Shown: piece by piece, positions 1 to 13,112 of the stretch
How the letters are laid out: each line of letters begins with the position of its first letter
Numbering within the stretch: the stretch's first letter is position 1
DNA from: Eledone cirrhosa
Lineage: Eukaryota
NCBI GenBank assembly: GCA_964016885.1
Contig: OZ024740.1
Span: forward strand, 118,978,001 to 119,042,000
Direction of reading: 5' to 3'
Length of the DNA stretch: 64,000 nucleotides
Made by a program: the position numbers and the translations under genes
Notes under the pieces: model-generated
What the model was told of the DNA's origin: nothing
The model's database searches: none
Seen by the model: only the letters and a program-made list of their open reading frames with translations

Positions 1-1130
1 AAGATATTAAACTCATTGCACACTCCAGCAACATATTACTGATACTAGAAGCCAAGGTAACATTCTTGGCACCATTACTTGACTTGTTATAGATAACTGC
101 CAAATCTTTTTCAAATTCACTCTATCTTAAAAGAAAGAACATATTGAATAATATAGTTCTAAGCAATCACTGTCTGATATTCATTATCAGGATAATTTTC
201 ATCATATGTGATCAGAAGATTGATTTAGGTTTATGCAAAAAACAAAAGCACTAAACAATAATTATTAAAGCTAAACTGGTTTTCCATAAACAACTAACTA
301 TGCTTTGTATTTTTTCCTAAGTAGATATATGACTTCCTATTTGTTGTTTATGGCTTCGTTTTAGTTGTTCTTTTCTTCACATTCTAACTGATTTTGTCTT
401 TTTATTATTTCATTATCTGCTTTCTAATTCAATTTAGGTGCCGACTTATTTTAGACAGAATGTATTTTCTATTTTAGCCATTTGAATGGCTAAACATCGA
501 GTTTGGCAGATATTCATTTATCAAGTTGGATATCTTAGGTGAAATTTGATTGAAGAAAAAGAAAATAAAAAGAAAAAGAAAATAAAAAGAAAAAGAATTA
601 AAAACACTATAATAAAAAGAAGAAAACCCAGAAATAAATGTAGAAATAAAGGAAAAAGAAAATATTAATGAGTAAGCAGATAAAAGCTACCTCAAATTCT
701 TGCCAAACAATTTCTGTAATTCCTCTGCCACCAAGTCAAAGCAAATAACTCTATTCGCAATATTATTTTTGTTTTTGTTTGTTTTTATTTATTCATGTTT
801 TAATTATTTATTTATTTATTTTCTCTTTTTGTCTCCACACCAATTCCACATTGCTGTCTTTTAAAAAAGTCTACCAATTGAAGCTAAAGAGTTTTACAGT
901 AAATGCAAAACCACTTATTCTAATAAAACAATAAATGTTTTCTGTTTATATTTTGCATCTTTTATTAGGGAGGAAGATATTCCAAAAACTCACACTGTCA
1001 TGCAAATACACATTGTCTGGAAATTAAAGAAAGGAATTTAAAAATTTTTTCCAAGATGGATAATAAAATTTGAAATTTTATTTTATCTTTAATAGCTAAG
1101 CTGAAAGAAATAATAAAAAATTACAATAAT

Positions 1131-1365
1131 CATGGAGGATGACCGGAGGAAGTGCCAAAAAATCCCAGTAGAAGGAAGACGCAGAAGAGGTAGGCCATGT
1201 AAAACATGGGCAGAGGTGGTGAGAGCAGACCTCAGACCGCTGAAACTCACTGAGGAGATGACAAAGGACCGTGACAAGATGCTGTGCTGAATAGGACCCG
1301 TCCAACCCTTGCAAGCAGGGAAAAGTGAACGTAAAATGATGATGATGATGAAAATGATGATGATA
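1131..1365 (+). mobile_element. RTE LINE 3' end fragment (subfamily A, short 3' UTR)
   Basis: Translates MEDDRRKCQKIPVEGRRRRGRPCKTWAEVV (RTE C-terminal GRPxxTW); CCAACCCTTGCAAGCAGGGAAAA end then (TGA)n tail; homologous to 9203-9430. Confidence 0.9.
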
Positions 1366-2193
1366 ATAGTTATTAATCACATGATTAAATTATTGATGAT
1401 AAGCTTTATATTCATAATGGTTTGAAACAGCAGCAAATGTCACACACCCCAGTAATAAAAAGGTACTTATTGTCCCTGGAAACATGATAAGCAATTTTGA
1501 CTTGGCAAATGTTAAACGTAGAATGCAAATAGATATAGTTAAATAGCACAAGACAGTTTGCTAGTGACCAGTAATTCTTCCACCTGCACTTGTTTCCAAA
1601 CATCATAAATAGTATTTCATCTATTTTACATGAAACTGAAAATATTATAAGTATTTTCTCTTTGAAGTATGAAATCTTGATGGAAAATCCTTTTATTTTC
1701 AAATACTCAAAATCAATAGTTTCTCTCAATAAGTTGACATATTGGTGTCGAGGTCTCATATACCTCATGAGATAATGAGTCTGTACATAAAAAGTTTCTC
1801 TCAGACACAGGCTTGAGCAATCGTTTTTATGGGAAATCAACAATTATGTTTACATGCTAGTTTCCCTTTTTCATGTCACTAATGTTCTTCAAGGGGAATC
1901 ACAACAACTGCAACTTGGCGTGAGTGGCATGGTAAAAGTTACCATCAAAATACAAAGAGCTGAAATAAATATGGTAATCTATGCACTAACAATTCTACCA
2001 ATCCACTGCTATGATTTTATCAACACCAAAACGAAGAAACACAAAGCTACCTCTATGGTATTTGAAATCAGAGTGCCGAAAGCCTGAACAAATACCACAA
2101 GGAAAACATACCAAATTGCCGACTTTCATATATATGTATATATATATATATATATATAATATAAGATCAAAAGATGGTTAAAAGAGTTCCAAG

Positions 2194-2264
2194 TATTCTA
2201 TTATGCGCATTTGAAAAACAAATATCATCATGGAATGATATCTGCGTTTTCATCAGATAAAATA
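2194..2264 (-). ncRNA. Type I hammerhead ribozyme, probably inactivated (G12>C), in a (TA)n-flanked PLE-end-like fragment (~2160-2400)
   Basis: Minus strand TATTTTAT-CTGATGA-AAACGCAGATATCAT..ATGATATTTGTTTTT-CAAA-TGCGCA-TA-ATAGAATA: 8-bp stem I, long stem II, palindromic stem III; GAAA is CAAA. Confidence 0.65.
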
Positions 2265-2410
2265 GGGATACATGATATGAAGCTTAAAAAACACTTGTGA
2301 ATAGTGAAGTTTTAAATCAACACAGTCCTACAAACTGTAGAGTGCTACTTATCCGATATTTGCATTGCTTTATTGTGCTACAATAAAACTCACCTCCTAC
2401 ATATATATAT

Positions 2411-2716
2411 ATCATCATCATCATCATCATCATCATCGTTTAACGTCCATCTTCCACGCTTGCATGGGTTTGGACGGGAATTTTCCCACTTGAGGCAAGA
2501 TTGGTTGTCTTGCTCGTATAGGACTGTCTGGCAGGTTTTCTACGGCTGGATGCCCTTCCTAACACCAACCACGTTTACAGTGTGGACTGGGAGGTTTTTA
2601 CCGTGTTACCTACACGGCCACATTACAGCGTGGACTGTGTGGTTTTTTTTTCATGACACCTACATGACCTCATTTATTTCGGCCTGGATGTTGTGGTACC
2701 AACATAACTTTACATC
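2411..2716 (-). mobile_element. RTE subfamily B 3' UTR-only insertion
   Basis: (CAT)n tail plus near identity to 3' UTR of 13113-15153 and 58986-60680; flanked by TA repeats. Confidence 0.9.
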
Positions 2717-2892
2717 GATATATATTGTCAATAAACAGGAAATTAATACTTATGCCAAGATACAAAACCTTTACAAGAAAAGTGTATATGTTTGATTCAA
2801 CTAGTACTTATTCTATTGGCCTCAGGATAAAAGTAAGTGATCTATAACAAAACATTAAAGCATTAAAATAGCCTAATAGGTTTTATATAGTT

Positions 2893-2941
2893 TCTTCTTC
2901 TTCTTCTTCTTCTTCTTCTTCTTCTTCTTCTTCTTCTTCTC
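2893..2941. repeat. (CTT)n microsatellite
   Basis: Direct reading. Confidence 0.95.
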
Positions 2942-4512
2942 TAAACAACAAAATAGCAACAACAACAATCATTTTCAGGCTATATTCTCTGCTATAGAAG
3001 ACATTAGCCTTGCAGACACCATGATATGATTCACACTCATCATAGGCTCCTTTTATTCAGCCTGGTGCCAGCTCTTTTAGTTGGCTCCTGTGATATGAAA
3101 TATTTATTCTAAATTGGATGCACACAGTACTCTCTTATCCTTGATAGCAGTAATAATCAAAAATAAAATTAAAACGTAATTCTTCAACTTTCCAGATTAT
3201 CTGAATCAGCACAGTTGCTTATGTATGTCAAAAGTAAGTTTAATGCTGTTTTCTGGCTTCATAACTTTATGATGGTACTTTTAATTTTCTTTAAAACATT
3301 TTTTTATTTTCCATGATACTGGCAAACAGAATATTATATACTATGCTTCTTATAAATGCTATCAAGAGGAAAATTGATTCATAAGCAAACACCAAAACAT
3401 GGAGTTGTTTAAAAAAATGAAGGTGAACCCTTTAAGCAATACAGGAAAAAAATTGTTTTTTTTTTCCATTTCCAAATATTTTATTTTCCCTACTTCTTTA
3501 TGAAAAAAAATTAAATATTGATTTCTTGTGTAGACATTAGAATTTATATTTATATTGGAGGGGAAATAAAATTGCCTTCTCAGGGGCATTAGCAATGTAA
3601 GTGAAGTGAAATACAACTAGCAATCAAAATTAGGTCATAGATTAACGTTCCAGAAACTTGTTTTTATCTTATGACTGTGGCCAATATCTCTAATCATATT
3701 AATTTCTCAGTCACAAGTTTTCAGGTTTGTGAGGAATTTCAAATAGGAATTTGTAGTATTCATGCATTTCTCAAAGGCATTTGCATTATAATTAAGAAAA
3801 AATATTTCTAGCTGATTGCCCATCTAAATTTCAAAACATGATTGTTGGGGACTCATCCATATACTAGAATGACATATGATCTCTGACAAATTATGAAAGT
3901 AAATAGAAATTGTGGCATTGATTCCTTTCTCAAACTTACAGAAACATCAAGTTAAATGCTTTCAACAGGAACAAAAAACAGATTTTAAAATCAGATTCTT
4001 TGCTGAATTATCTATATGATTTATAGTTCTCTCTGGAATTTATATTCAATAAAAAGAAAAGGAGATACTTGAGTGACTTGATATAATATATCCTTACATC
4101 TTAATATACGAGAGGAAATGTTGATCAGATTAGAATTTAAAACATCTGATATTTCAAGTGGACATTAATTCCTACCTGACTGTAATTGAAGTAATATAAA
4201 GTCCATTTGTACTGAGATAAATGGTTGAATTCATTATGTTTTAAATTCTGTTATCTTAAATGTGTTTCACTGGTAGAAAAGTTTCAAAAATTTACTCTAT
4301 TTTAATAAACAATATAGTTATGCTGCACATTTTATCTTGAAATCACAGTCTCTCATGTATCTTTGTGAAACCAATTTATACACAGTAAATGTTTGTGTTT
4401 CTTCTTGCACACCAATCTCAAGGGTCCAGAAAAAGTTCAATGTCAATGTTACAGTTCTTTCTTTAATGACATGATTACTTTAATTAATTTCAAAAGGAAA
4501 CATTGAATAATA

Positions 4513-4707
4513 ATAATTGTTTCTACTATTGGCACAAGGCCAGCAACATACCCAGTACATTACTGGTACTATATTTTATCGACCCTGTAAGGATGAAAGG
4601 CAAAGTTAACCTCGGCGGGATTTGGACTCAGAATGGCAAGGGCTGTAACTCTATGCGTCAAAGCATGGCGTCCGACCCTCTACTGATACTGCCAATTCAC
4701 CACCCCT
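4513..4707 (-). mobile_element. tRNA-derived SINE (family S1)
   Basis: Reverse complement of TGGCAGTATCGGTAG (A box-like)...GAGTTCAAATCCC (B box)...GCCTTTCATCCTTACGGGGTCGATAAAAT...GGCCTTGTGCC..AGAAACAATTA; about ten copies in window. Confidence 0.85.
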
Positions 4708-4941
4708 ATAAGGATAATAATAATGTGTACAAATAATAGGAAGGTACTAAGACATTGTAAAGTTAACTAATTCGTAATTTTCCAGAAATTTTCAAGAAAT
4801 AAGAAACATTAGTGTATAATATACATTATCATTTGAAAACAAATGGTGTTGTGGTTACAGTAGTATTTAAAAGATTTAGTAAAAAATATCTAAAAATGGG
4901 TTTTTGAATTAAAATGTTTAGTATCTTTTCTTGTAGACATA

Positions 4942-5030
4942 TCTTCTTCTTCTTCTTCTTCTTCTTCTTCTTCTTCTTCTTCTTCTTCTTCTTCTTCTTC
5001 TTCTTCTTCTTCTTCTTCTTCTTCTTCTTC
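4942..5030. repeat. (CTT)n microsatellite
   Basis: Direct reading; source of spurious poly-Lys ORF. Confidence 0.95.
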
Positions 5031-5430
5031 ATTGCCATATATTTCTTCACTTGAACAGAAATCCCATCACTGCCATGTCTATGTGGTTTGGCAGCTAGAT
5101 ACATGATACTATGGTGGTTATAGCAGCAATCAAATTTCTTGCATGCAATTTGGACTAAAGGAAAATGTTACACTGTACAGATATGTTATTTAACATGTCT
5201 ATGCAACAACTCGTCAATTTCAAGGATACATAAACATTTGTACTTGATATGACTTGGATCACTCAATTATTCCCCAGATGGTAATTCAATGCCAGTTACA
5301 TGGGACATTCATCCTCACTTTATATGTTGACAACTGCACATTTTGTGACATCAAATGCCATGCCTATTATATATTATATTATATTATTATTATTGTTGTT
5401 GTTGTTGTTGTTGTTATTATTATTATTATT

Positions 5431-5750
5431 AGGGTGGAGGATTGGCAGTATCGGAAGAAGGTCAGATGCCATGCTTTGCAGCATAGAGTTACGCCCCTCT
5501 ATAGTCTGAGTTCAAATCCCACCAAAGTTCACTTTGCCTTCATCCTAACAGGGTGGCAGTGGATTGGCAGTATCGGTAGAGAGTCGGACACCATGACTAT
5601 GCCTTGCTGCATAGAGTTACGGTCCCTTATGGTCTGAGTTCAAATCCTGCCGAGGTTAACTTTACCTTTCATCCTTACGGGTTCGATAAAATAAAGTACC
5701 AGTAATGCACTGGGTAATTGCTGGCCTTCTGCCTAAAGTAGAAACAATTA
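5431..5750 (+). mobile_element. Two tandem S1 SINEs (3'-truncated 5431-5550, full 5551-5750) in (TTA)n
   Basis: Two A/B-box heads in tandem; (TTA)n on both sides. Confidence 0.85.
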
Positions 5751-5960
5751 TTATTATTATTATTTTGTTTCACATTTGCCACAGGTGTGTTCATATCGGC
5801 TCTAGAAAGTTGGTTATTTTGAGGTGTTTTTCAGAGGAATTTGTTGAATATTTTTGTTATGAACTGTATATAAAGTGCCCTGTGAAAAGTCGACCCCATA
5901 ATATTTGAGCCTTCGGTCCGAATACTTGAATATTATGGAATTTTTTTTTCTATAAAATAA

Positions 5961-6145
5961 TTGTTTCTACTTTTGACACAAGGCCTGCAATTACCTAGTA
6001 CATTACTGGTACTTTATTTTATCGACTCTGTAAGGATGAAAGGCAAAATTAACCTCAACGGGATTTGAACTCAGTCCGTAAAGGGACGTAACTGTGCTGC
6101 AAAGCATGCCGTCCGACCCTCTACCGATACTGCCAATCCACCATC
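5961..6145 (-). mobile_element. S1 SINE with ~20-bp target site duplication
   Basis: Flanked by TTTTTTTTCTATAAAATAAT on both sides (~5942-5961 and ~6146-6165). Confidence 0.9.
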
Positions 6146-6249
6146 TTTTTTTTCTATAAAATAATATGGCAGAATATGCCCCTTCATGTTGAGCCAGCTG
6201 TAATGTGAGATGAGTGACACACCCTCCATTACCACTGTTATGAAAACTA

Positions 6250-6580
6250 CTGCCACTATAGGCAGTATTGCCAACAGCAGCAACAGCACCAACAACAAGA
6301 ACAAAAGAAACAAAAGCAACAGAGGCAACAAGACCAACAATGGAATGAACAACACCACCAGCACCACCAACAACAACGTGAACAACGACAGCATTAACAA
6401 CAGCAACAATGAAGCAAGTGAAAAAAATAACAGCAACATCAACAGCAATGACAACGAAAACAATAAAAGCACCAGCATTGAGTGAAAGAATGAAGGAGAC
6501 AAGAGAAACAACAACAACAGGACAAACAGTAACAACAACATGACAAACAGTAACAACATATTCGCAACCACGGCTGCAAA
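6250..6580. repeat. Degenerate (AAC/AGC)n low-complexity tract
   Basis: Imperfect trinucleotide repeats producing N-rich and V/L-rich pseudo-ORFs. Confidence 0.85.
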
Positions 6581-6589
6581 ATAAAGACA

Positions 6590-6870
6590 ATTCTTTAGTG
6601 CTGCCATCTCAAACGAGAAAGTACGTTTGTCCAAGGCATGGAAACTCAGAGAGAAAAATCATGGATCAGCCTGTCGTTCCTCCCGACTGAAGTAACAGTA
6701 GCAAAGAATGGCACTGATTCATTCATGCTGATGAGAACTTTTCCAGCTTCAGATCTCTTGAGGTACAATCTATCAACGTCCCCCTTCTAATGAAATATTA
6801 ATTTCCTTGTCTTTCTATCCAGTTCTTTTTGCTTGGTTACATTTCTTTTAAGAATTCCTGCACTATATCT
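6590..6870 (-). mobile_element. R4/Dong-clade LINE remnant (post-RT region)
   Basis: Minus-strand DVDRLYLKRSEAGKVLIS resembles R4/Dong DVDRLYxxRxxGGRGL; degraded. Confidence 0.55.
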
Positions 6871-6886
6871 AATAATAGTCATCATC

Positions 6887-7103
6887 GGTGGATTGACAGT
6901 ATTGGTAGAGTGTCAGGCAATATGCTTCACAGCATAGAGTTATGGCCATTTACGCTCTGAGTTAAAATTTCGCCAAGGTTAGCTTTGCCTTTCATTCTTA
7001 TGGGGTTGATAAAATAAAGTACCAGTCACGCACTGAGATTGATTTAATTGACTTTGCCCCTTCCCAAAAATTACCGGCCTTGTGCCTAAATAAGAAACAA
7101 TTA
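6887..7103 (+). mobile_element. S1 SINE (long form with internal segment)
   Basis: Same head and GCCTTTCAT..GGGGTTGATAAAATAAAGTACCAG core. Confidence 0.85.
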
Positions 7104-7109
7104 TTTTTT

Positions 7110-7552
7110 TTTTTTTGTTTAGCTGTTTATTATGACCAACATTGATGTTGCTTTGGCCTGGTTAATTTAGGAAATACAACCAGTAGCCTAGGGTAACTTC
7201 AATATTTTCGTATCCTTCCTTGTTGTTTAGCTACTGCTTTCAGTCAAAACACTTTCTCAATATTTGAGCTGTCCCAGTAGAAATGTCTTCTTGAGTAATT
7301 CAATACCTGGTGCAAAGTCTATCTTCAACAAATAATTCTCAAGGTTCTATGTCACTATGCCAAGAGCATCAACCACCACTGGGATAATCGTGACTGTCTT
7401 CCCTTCATTTTCCAACATTTCAAGATCCCATATTTTAGAAAAGCTTCTATTTTCTCTTTCCCTTTTCATTTAATTCTGGTTTCATAAAAGACACTCTACA
7501 TCTATGAAAATACAGGTTCTTTCTCTCCTCTCAATTAAAACAATATCCGGTG
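7110..7552 (-). mobile_element. R4/Dong-clade LINE 3' fragment, restriction-like endonuclease domain
   Basis: PDIVLIERRERTCIFIDV ... IIPVVVDALGIV ... LKKTFLLG, typical PD-(D/E)xK RLE; abuts (GTT)n(ATT)n as expected for Dong. Confidence 0.75.
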
Positions 7553-8107
7553 TGTTGTTGTTGTTGTTATTATTATTATTATAATTAATAATATATACCT
7601 ATCTTCAGTGTATAGGATGTATGCACATTTTGACATAAACATTTCGAGTAAAAGAGTGTGTCATATACATGGGAATGTATGGTAATTGAGTTGAACCTAT
7701 AGAAACACTTAACACAACAAAACACTTTGGTTAGTATAGCAGCACCAACTGGCTGGAAATTATTTATGATGTTCATGAAGAATGCATTTATTCAACTACC
7801 TATCTATTTCCTCTTCTTATTTATCTTGTATTTCTTTTTTAGAAGAAATAGATTTATAGAAGTAATGGGAATAGCTTTATAACAGTGTTGAAGGAGATCA
7901 TTTTTGTTTTTCTTTTACAAAATAGCACTTTATTTATTTTTCGTCCTATGTTACCATTTTTACTTTTTAAATTTGATTTATCTTTATCTAAAACATTCAC
8001 TTTAATTTTTCACATCAGATCTTACACACACACATAGACACCAACACACACTCATACATTCATATATATATGCGTGTGTGTGTGTATATATATATATATA
8101 TATGTGC

Positions 8108-8142
<35 letters not shown>

Positions 8143-8319
8143 TTTTGTAGTTTTCATGAAGCATCAAAGAATATGAAAAATATGTTTAGGAAGCTGCTAC
8201 AATGCAAACGGGATTGTAAATATTAAGGAAACAAAGTCATATAACAGCGTTAAGGATAAATAGAAGGAAGGAAAAAGAAAAAAGAACAAGAAACTAGAGA
8301 TATTGTTACATTTGTAATA

Positions 8320-8775
8320 TTCCTGATATAATTTATATTTTATCTATACATTGCCAAGTGAGATTTTGGAAAGCACCACCAATGCTATTTGCAAAGCTAT
8401 TTTCAGGAAAGATCTTGATACCAAACTGACCCATTTGTGACGCTCTCTGCAAAAATGCTTATCCCTAAGACAACCCTACATCAATGACAATACATGCACA
8501 TTGATCAACTGCCCCATTATCAACAAGCAATTGGCCATGAGCATACATACTATACAACATACAGTACAATAGATACAATGAATGCTACATAAAGAGTATG
8601 AGTCAATCACGGCACATTTAGGTAAAGGAACACACCATCATTCTGGGATCACACCACTGAATGTAATAACAAGGACGAGAGCCTAACTACAAACATACTG
8701 GAACAAAATATAGGCAATCTACAAATCATGTTATCCTTATTAATAAAATAGCTTAAACCAACCATCAAATTATTG
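8320..8775 (+). mobile_element. Old Penelope/Poseidon-type PLE remnant (GIY-YIG end)
   Basis: ILYNIQYNRYNECYIKSMSQSRHI*VKEH resembles VYxIxCxxCxxxYIGxTxxxLxxRxKEH; LLIK*LKPTI C-terminal motif. Confidence 0.55.
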
Positions 8776-9202
8776 ATTGTAACAGAGTGAAGCCCAATCT
8801 TTAATATTATTTGACCACCAAACTATATAAGTAAACAAATAAATAGATAATATCCAATTTAATCTACCAAATCAGAAATCAACTACTACCATTTACCACC
8901 ATAACTGGAAAAAACCTAATGACTAACTTACATTTGTCACACCACTGATACCTCAACAGAACCTCTACTGTTACTTGCTTAACAACAACTATCTGAAGCT
9001 AAGCCAACAAAAACAGATGACCAAATCTATGTGTCTGTTATGTGACCACCACTCCAATTTACCAAACACTGCAACCTGCCAAATTTGCCACCCACTATGA
9101 CAAAATATAGACTTGACTGACACCCAGTGTGTTTGTAAGACTCAGTTACAACAGAGCCTAAATTTTCTTTCCAATAATTCTGAAATTCCAAACAACTATA
9201 AC

Positions 9203-10437
9203 ATCATCATCATCATCATCATCATTTTACGTCAGCTCTTCCCTGATTGCAAGGGTGGGATGGGTCTTATTCAGCACAGCATCTCTCCACTTGTCACGGT
9301 CCTTCGTCATCTCCACCGTGAGCTTCAGCGATCTGAGGTCTGTTCTCACCACCTCCACCCATGTTTTTCGTGGTCTACCTCTACCACATCTTCCTTCAAC
9401 TGGCATTTCCTGGCACTTCTTCACTCATCGGTCATCCTCCATGCGCACCACATGTCCATACCACCTTAGTCTCCTCTCCCGTACACTATATTCTATCCCT
9501 CTCAGACACAGTTTCTCTCTCAACACATTCATGCTGGGTCGTTCACGCACATTGACACTGCATATCCAACGGAGCATGCTTGCCTCATTTTTCTCCAGCC
9601 GTTGCATATCCTCTGCAGTTGCTGCCCTTGTCTCACTACCATGCAGCATCGTGCTCCCCACACAGGCATCATATAACCGGCCTTTGATACGCAGGGAGTA
9701 ACCCTTCTTCGTCAGCAGAGGAAGCAGCTCCCTAAACTTCTTCCAACCCGTCCTTATTATAGATACTATGGCCTCGGAACATCCGCCTCCCATGCTAATC
9801 TGATTTCTAGGTACCGGAAGCTATCCACCACTTCTATAGCACCCGCCTGCATTTGAAAAATGTGTCTATCAATGTGATTTGTTCTGTCTAATTTCCCTGT
9901 ACATCTACTGTATACATATTTCTCCCTACCTGTTAGTTTGCCTGCTATCCCGCTACATCTATTGTGTACCCAGGATCTGCATTGTGTGCATTTTATAGAA
10001 TTTATGCCAGTTCCTTTTCTGCATATCGAACATGGCCATTTCCCTGACGGAATCAGAGTTTTGCCCTCTTTTCTACTCATCAATACTTTTGTCTTAGCTA
10101 GGTTCACTCTCAGTCCTCTTGCTTCCAACTGCTGTTTCCATAGCCAGAATTTATTCTCTAGCTCCTCTACTGATTCTGCTATAAGAACCAGATCGTCAGC
10201 ATAGAGAAGTTCCCATCGACAGCCAGTCTTAAACTCCTCTGTTATGGCTTGGAGGACTATAATGAACAAGACCGGGCTGAGGACCGAACCTTGATGTACT
10301 CTTACTTGATCTGGAATTCCTCACAAAACTCCATTCCTACCCTGACTTTACTGACAGTACCTCTGTACAAAGTTTGCACTGTCCTCACAAGCCATTCCTC
10401 AACGCCTAATATCCTTAGGGACCACAAAATTGCTTGA
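9203..10437 (-). mobile_element. RTE LINE subfamily A, 5'-truncated, frameshifted
   Basis: ORF pieces 9766-10269 (LLYADDL, PHD-like Cys cluster), 9425-9793, 9227-9424 (GRPRKTW); (CAT)n tail at 9203. Confidence 0.95.
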
Positions 10438-11399
10438 GTATTGAGCAGTCTGTGACATGTCCAACCCTTGCTCACAGGGAAAATGGATCCTACATGATTA
10501 TGCTGATGATATATGTATATATATAAATGCCCACATTATCCCCTTCTAAAGTGCATCATGCCATAGAGCACATGCTAAAAATGAAATACTCAAGTAAAAT
10601 ATGTTGCTCTGACGTATATAGAAAAGCAACATAGACTGCAATGATCCATCTAATTTATGCCAGCAATGAAAACATCCATAAAATGATGATGGAATGGTGA
10701 TGATGATGATAATGATGACATTATACATCTATTTAGTTTAATATAGATCTTATAATAAGCATACCATTTCAAGTTTACACACATATCTTCAGAGATCTGA
10801 ATTATTTCAAAGAGATATTGCACAATATTTATAGAAATCATATTAGATAAAAATCTATTGAAGATAACTAAGACACTTAGCTTTGAGAAACTAAGGGAAG
10901 CCCTTAGGTATACATATATACTGCAGACTATTACCACTTTAGTAATTTCTGTTATTAATTTTTGTACATGATGAAACAAAAGAAAGAGTGAGAGAAGGCA
11001 AGAAGGTGTGAAAGAAAGAAAGGAATAAAGAAAATATCTCACATGATTTAGGATAAATGTTTTAAAAGAAAGATAAAGCTTATCAACATCATCATCAAAT
11101 ATAGTAAATAACTATTTAACTCAGAAATGTATAAATACATATATCATTATTTTGTCCCTGATTTTCCATGCTTGCATGGGTTCCAAGCCATCTTACTTTT
11201 AAAACATTTCACCTAAGATAATTAGCAGTGGTAGAATTTCTCCATTATATTTGCCACTAATTCAAATATAAGAATCAAGCTGTCAGCATATAGAACCTCC
11301 CCAGTTAAGGCCTGGTTAACTATAATAAACAGGAAAGAGAAAACACTAGTGAAATTAGTCCTCCAATGATCCCTGCTATTCATTGCATTCTCTAGTTCT

Positions 11400-11830
11400 T
11401 TGATTGGCAGTCATGTATATTCAATAAGCAGACTCATCAATGTTGTATTTGGCTGGCCAAGATGCCAGTTTGAGTTAGGAAACCAGAGTAGAAGAGTAAA
11501 AACTGGTCTATTATCACAACATATGTCCAGCCATTGTCAGAGCCAAACTGTAGCTTCTAATGATAGTAAAGATTGTTGACAGTTATTTAAGACAATTTGT
11601 TTGTTGTGCGTGATTTTCTGGCGAGATATCACATGGAAAATTTTGGTAGAATTTCCTTCAATGAATTTCTTCAATGATTTTGTTAGATCTCATGTGCCTG
11701 AGCCATACAAAGGTATGGATTCTACAGTTGACTTCAATACACTTGTCTTACTACCTTTCTTGACTAGAGCCTTCAACATTTTGTTTAAGGAATTGACTGT
11801 ACACAATGGTATACCAATTCCAGCTTAAAT
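11400..11830 (-). mobile_element. Very old RTE-like LINE remnant
   Basis: Minus-strand FKSTVESIPLYGSGT* resembles LLYGSETW region. Confidence 0.45.
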
Positions 11831-11999
11831 ATCATGGACAATATTTTCATATCTATCAAGTATCAGACTCATTCAAGCACGAATTTCCTCTGCTATCACC
11901 CTTTATTAGCTATTTTCATCATCATGGCAACCTTCTTCCCACAATGCTATGGCAGATCACATCCCTCATGTTCATAACCTTGTCAAAAAATGACAACTT

Positions 12000-12168
12000 C
12001 CCTAGTGCTGGTGACATGATAAGATGCACCCACTGCCACTGAAGTGGATGCATCCACTTGGCCCATCTGAGAGGGCCATAGCACCAATTAAGTATTGACT
12101 TGGCTGGTAATGACCCATGCCACCCCTGCTAGCAGGGAAAAATTTATGTAAAATGATGATGATAATGA
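12000..12168 (+). mobile_element. Degenerate SINE/RTE-type tail
   Basis: Ends CCCTGCTAGCAGGGAAAA...TAAAATGATGATG; similar segments at ~10455-10510, ~10545-10720, ~45497-45680. Confidence 0.55.
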
Positions 12169-12295
12169 TTATCTGAATATATATAGCATCTGCAGATTGA
12201 TAACATCTGTCTTCCCATTTTGTGGCAGTGGACTGATTGGAGCAATATGTGTCTCATTTACGTGTATATATATATATATATAAATATATGTATGC

Positions 12296-12404
<109 letters not shown>

Positions 12405-12745
12405 TGCGACCCAATTTTGGGTGGAAGAGAGCAGACTAAAAAAAGTGTGTTTTTGCTTGGAGTGCCTGCATCTTATCAGCTGGCACTCCAAGCAAAAAAC
12501 ACAATATTTTTAGTCCGCTCCCTTCCACCCAAAATTGCCTTGGAAATGTTATTTTTTAATCACTTTTTGCTCTCTAAAGAAATCAGGATATCAATCGTCA
12601 TTGAAGTATGTATAATGGTTCAATTAATAAATGACCCTGACATCTTCAACTTCGCATTTTCCTCTTTATTAATATACTATGCCATCCTTGGTTTAGGAAG
12701 TAATATGACGTTGAGTGCTAGAAGTGAATTGCATCCTTATATACC

Positions 12746-12811
<66 letters not shown>

Positions 12812-13112
12812 ATACTTGGGGAGGGTCATATTTGTGTAATAATAAAACTATATATATATATATATTTAAAGGAATAGAGGTGTAACACACGAGTTGTGAT
12901 ATATTAGTAAAAGGAAAAGAAAATGCTGAAACATTTTTCAAAGTGAAAAATGGTTTAATTAGGAATAAGTAAAAATTAGTAATAAGTATTGGTTAGTATT
13001 CAGTTTTAGATTTACGATTTTACCGGTTGCGCATTTCTAATGCTTTTCAAAAATAATTTTGAGATAGAGCGCCCGTGATGTTTACTCTAATCTGATGTAT
13101 ATATATATATAT

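Noticed and set aside
1412-1843. 143-aa ORF
   Set aside because: Non-ATG start, AT-rich random-like composition, no motif
6003-6634. 195-aa and 187-aa hydrophobic ORFs and the antisense Asn-rich ORF
   Set aside because: Translations of an (AAC)n low-complexity tract running into a SINE; no gene structure
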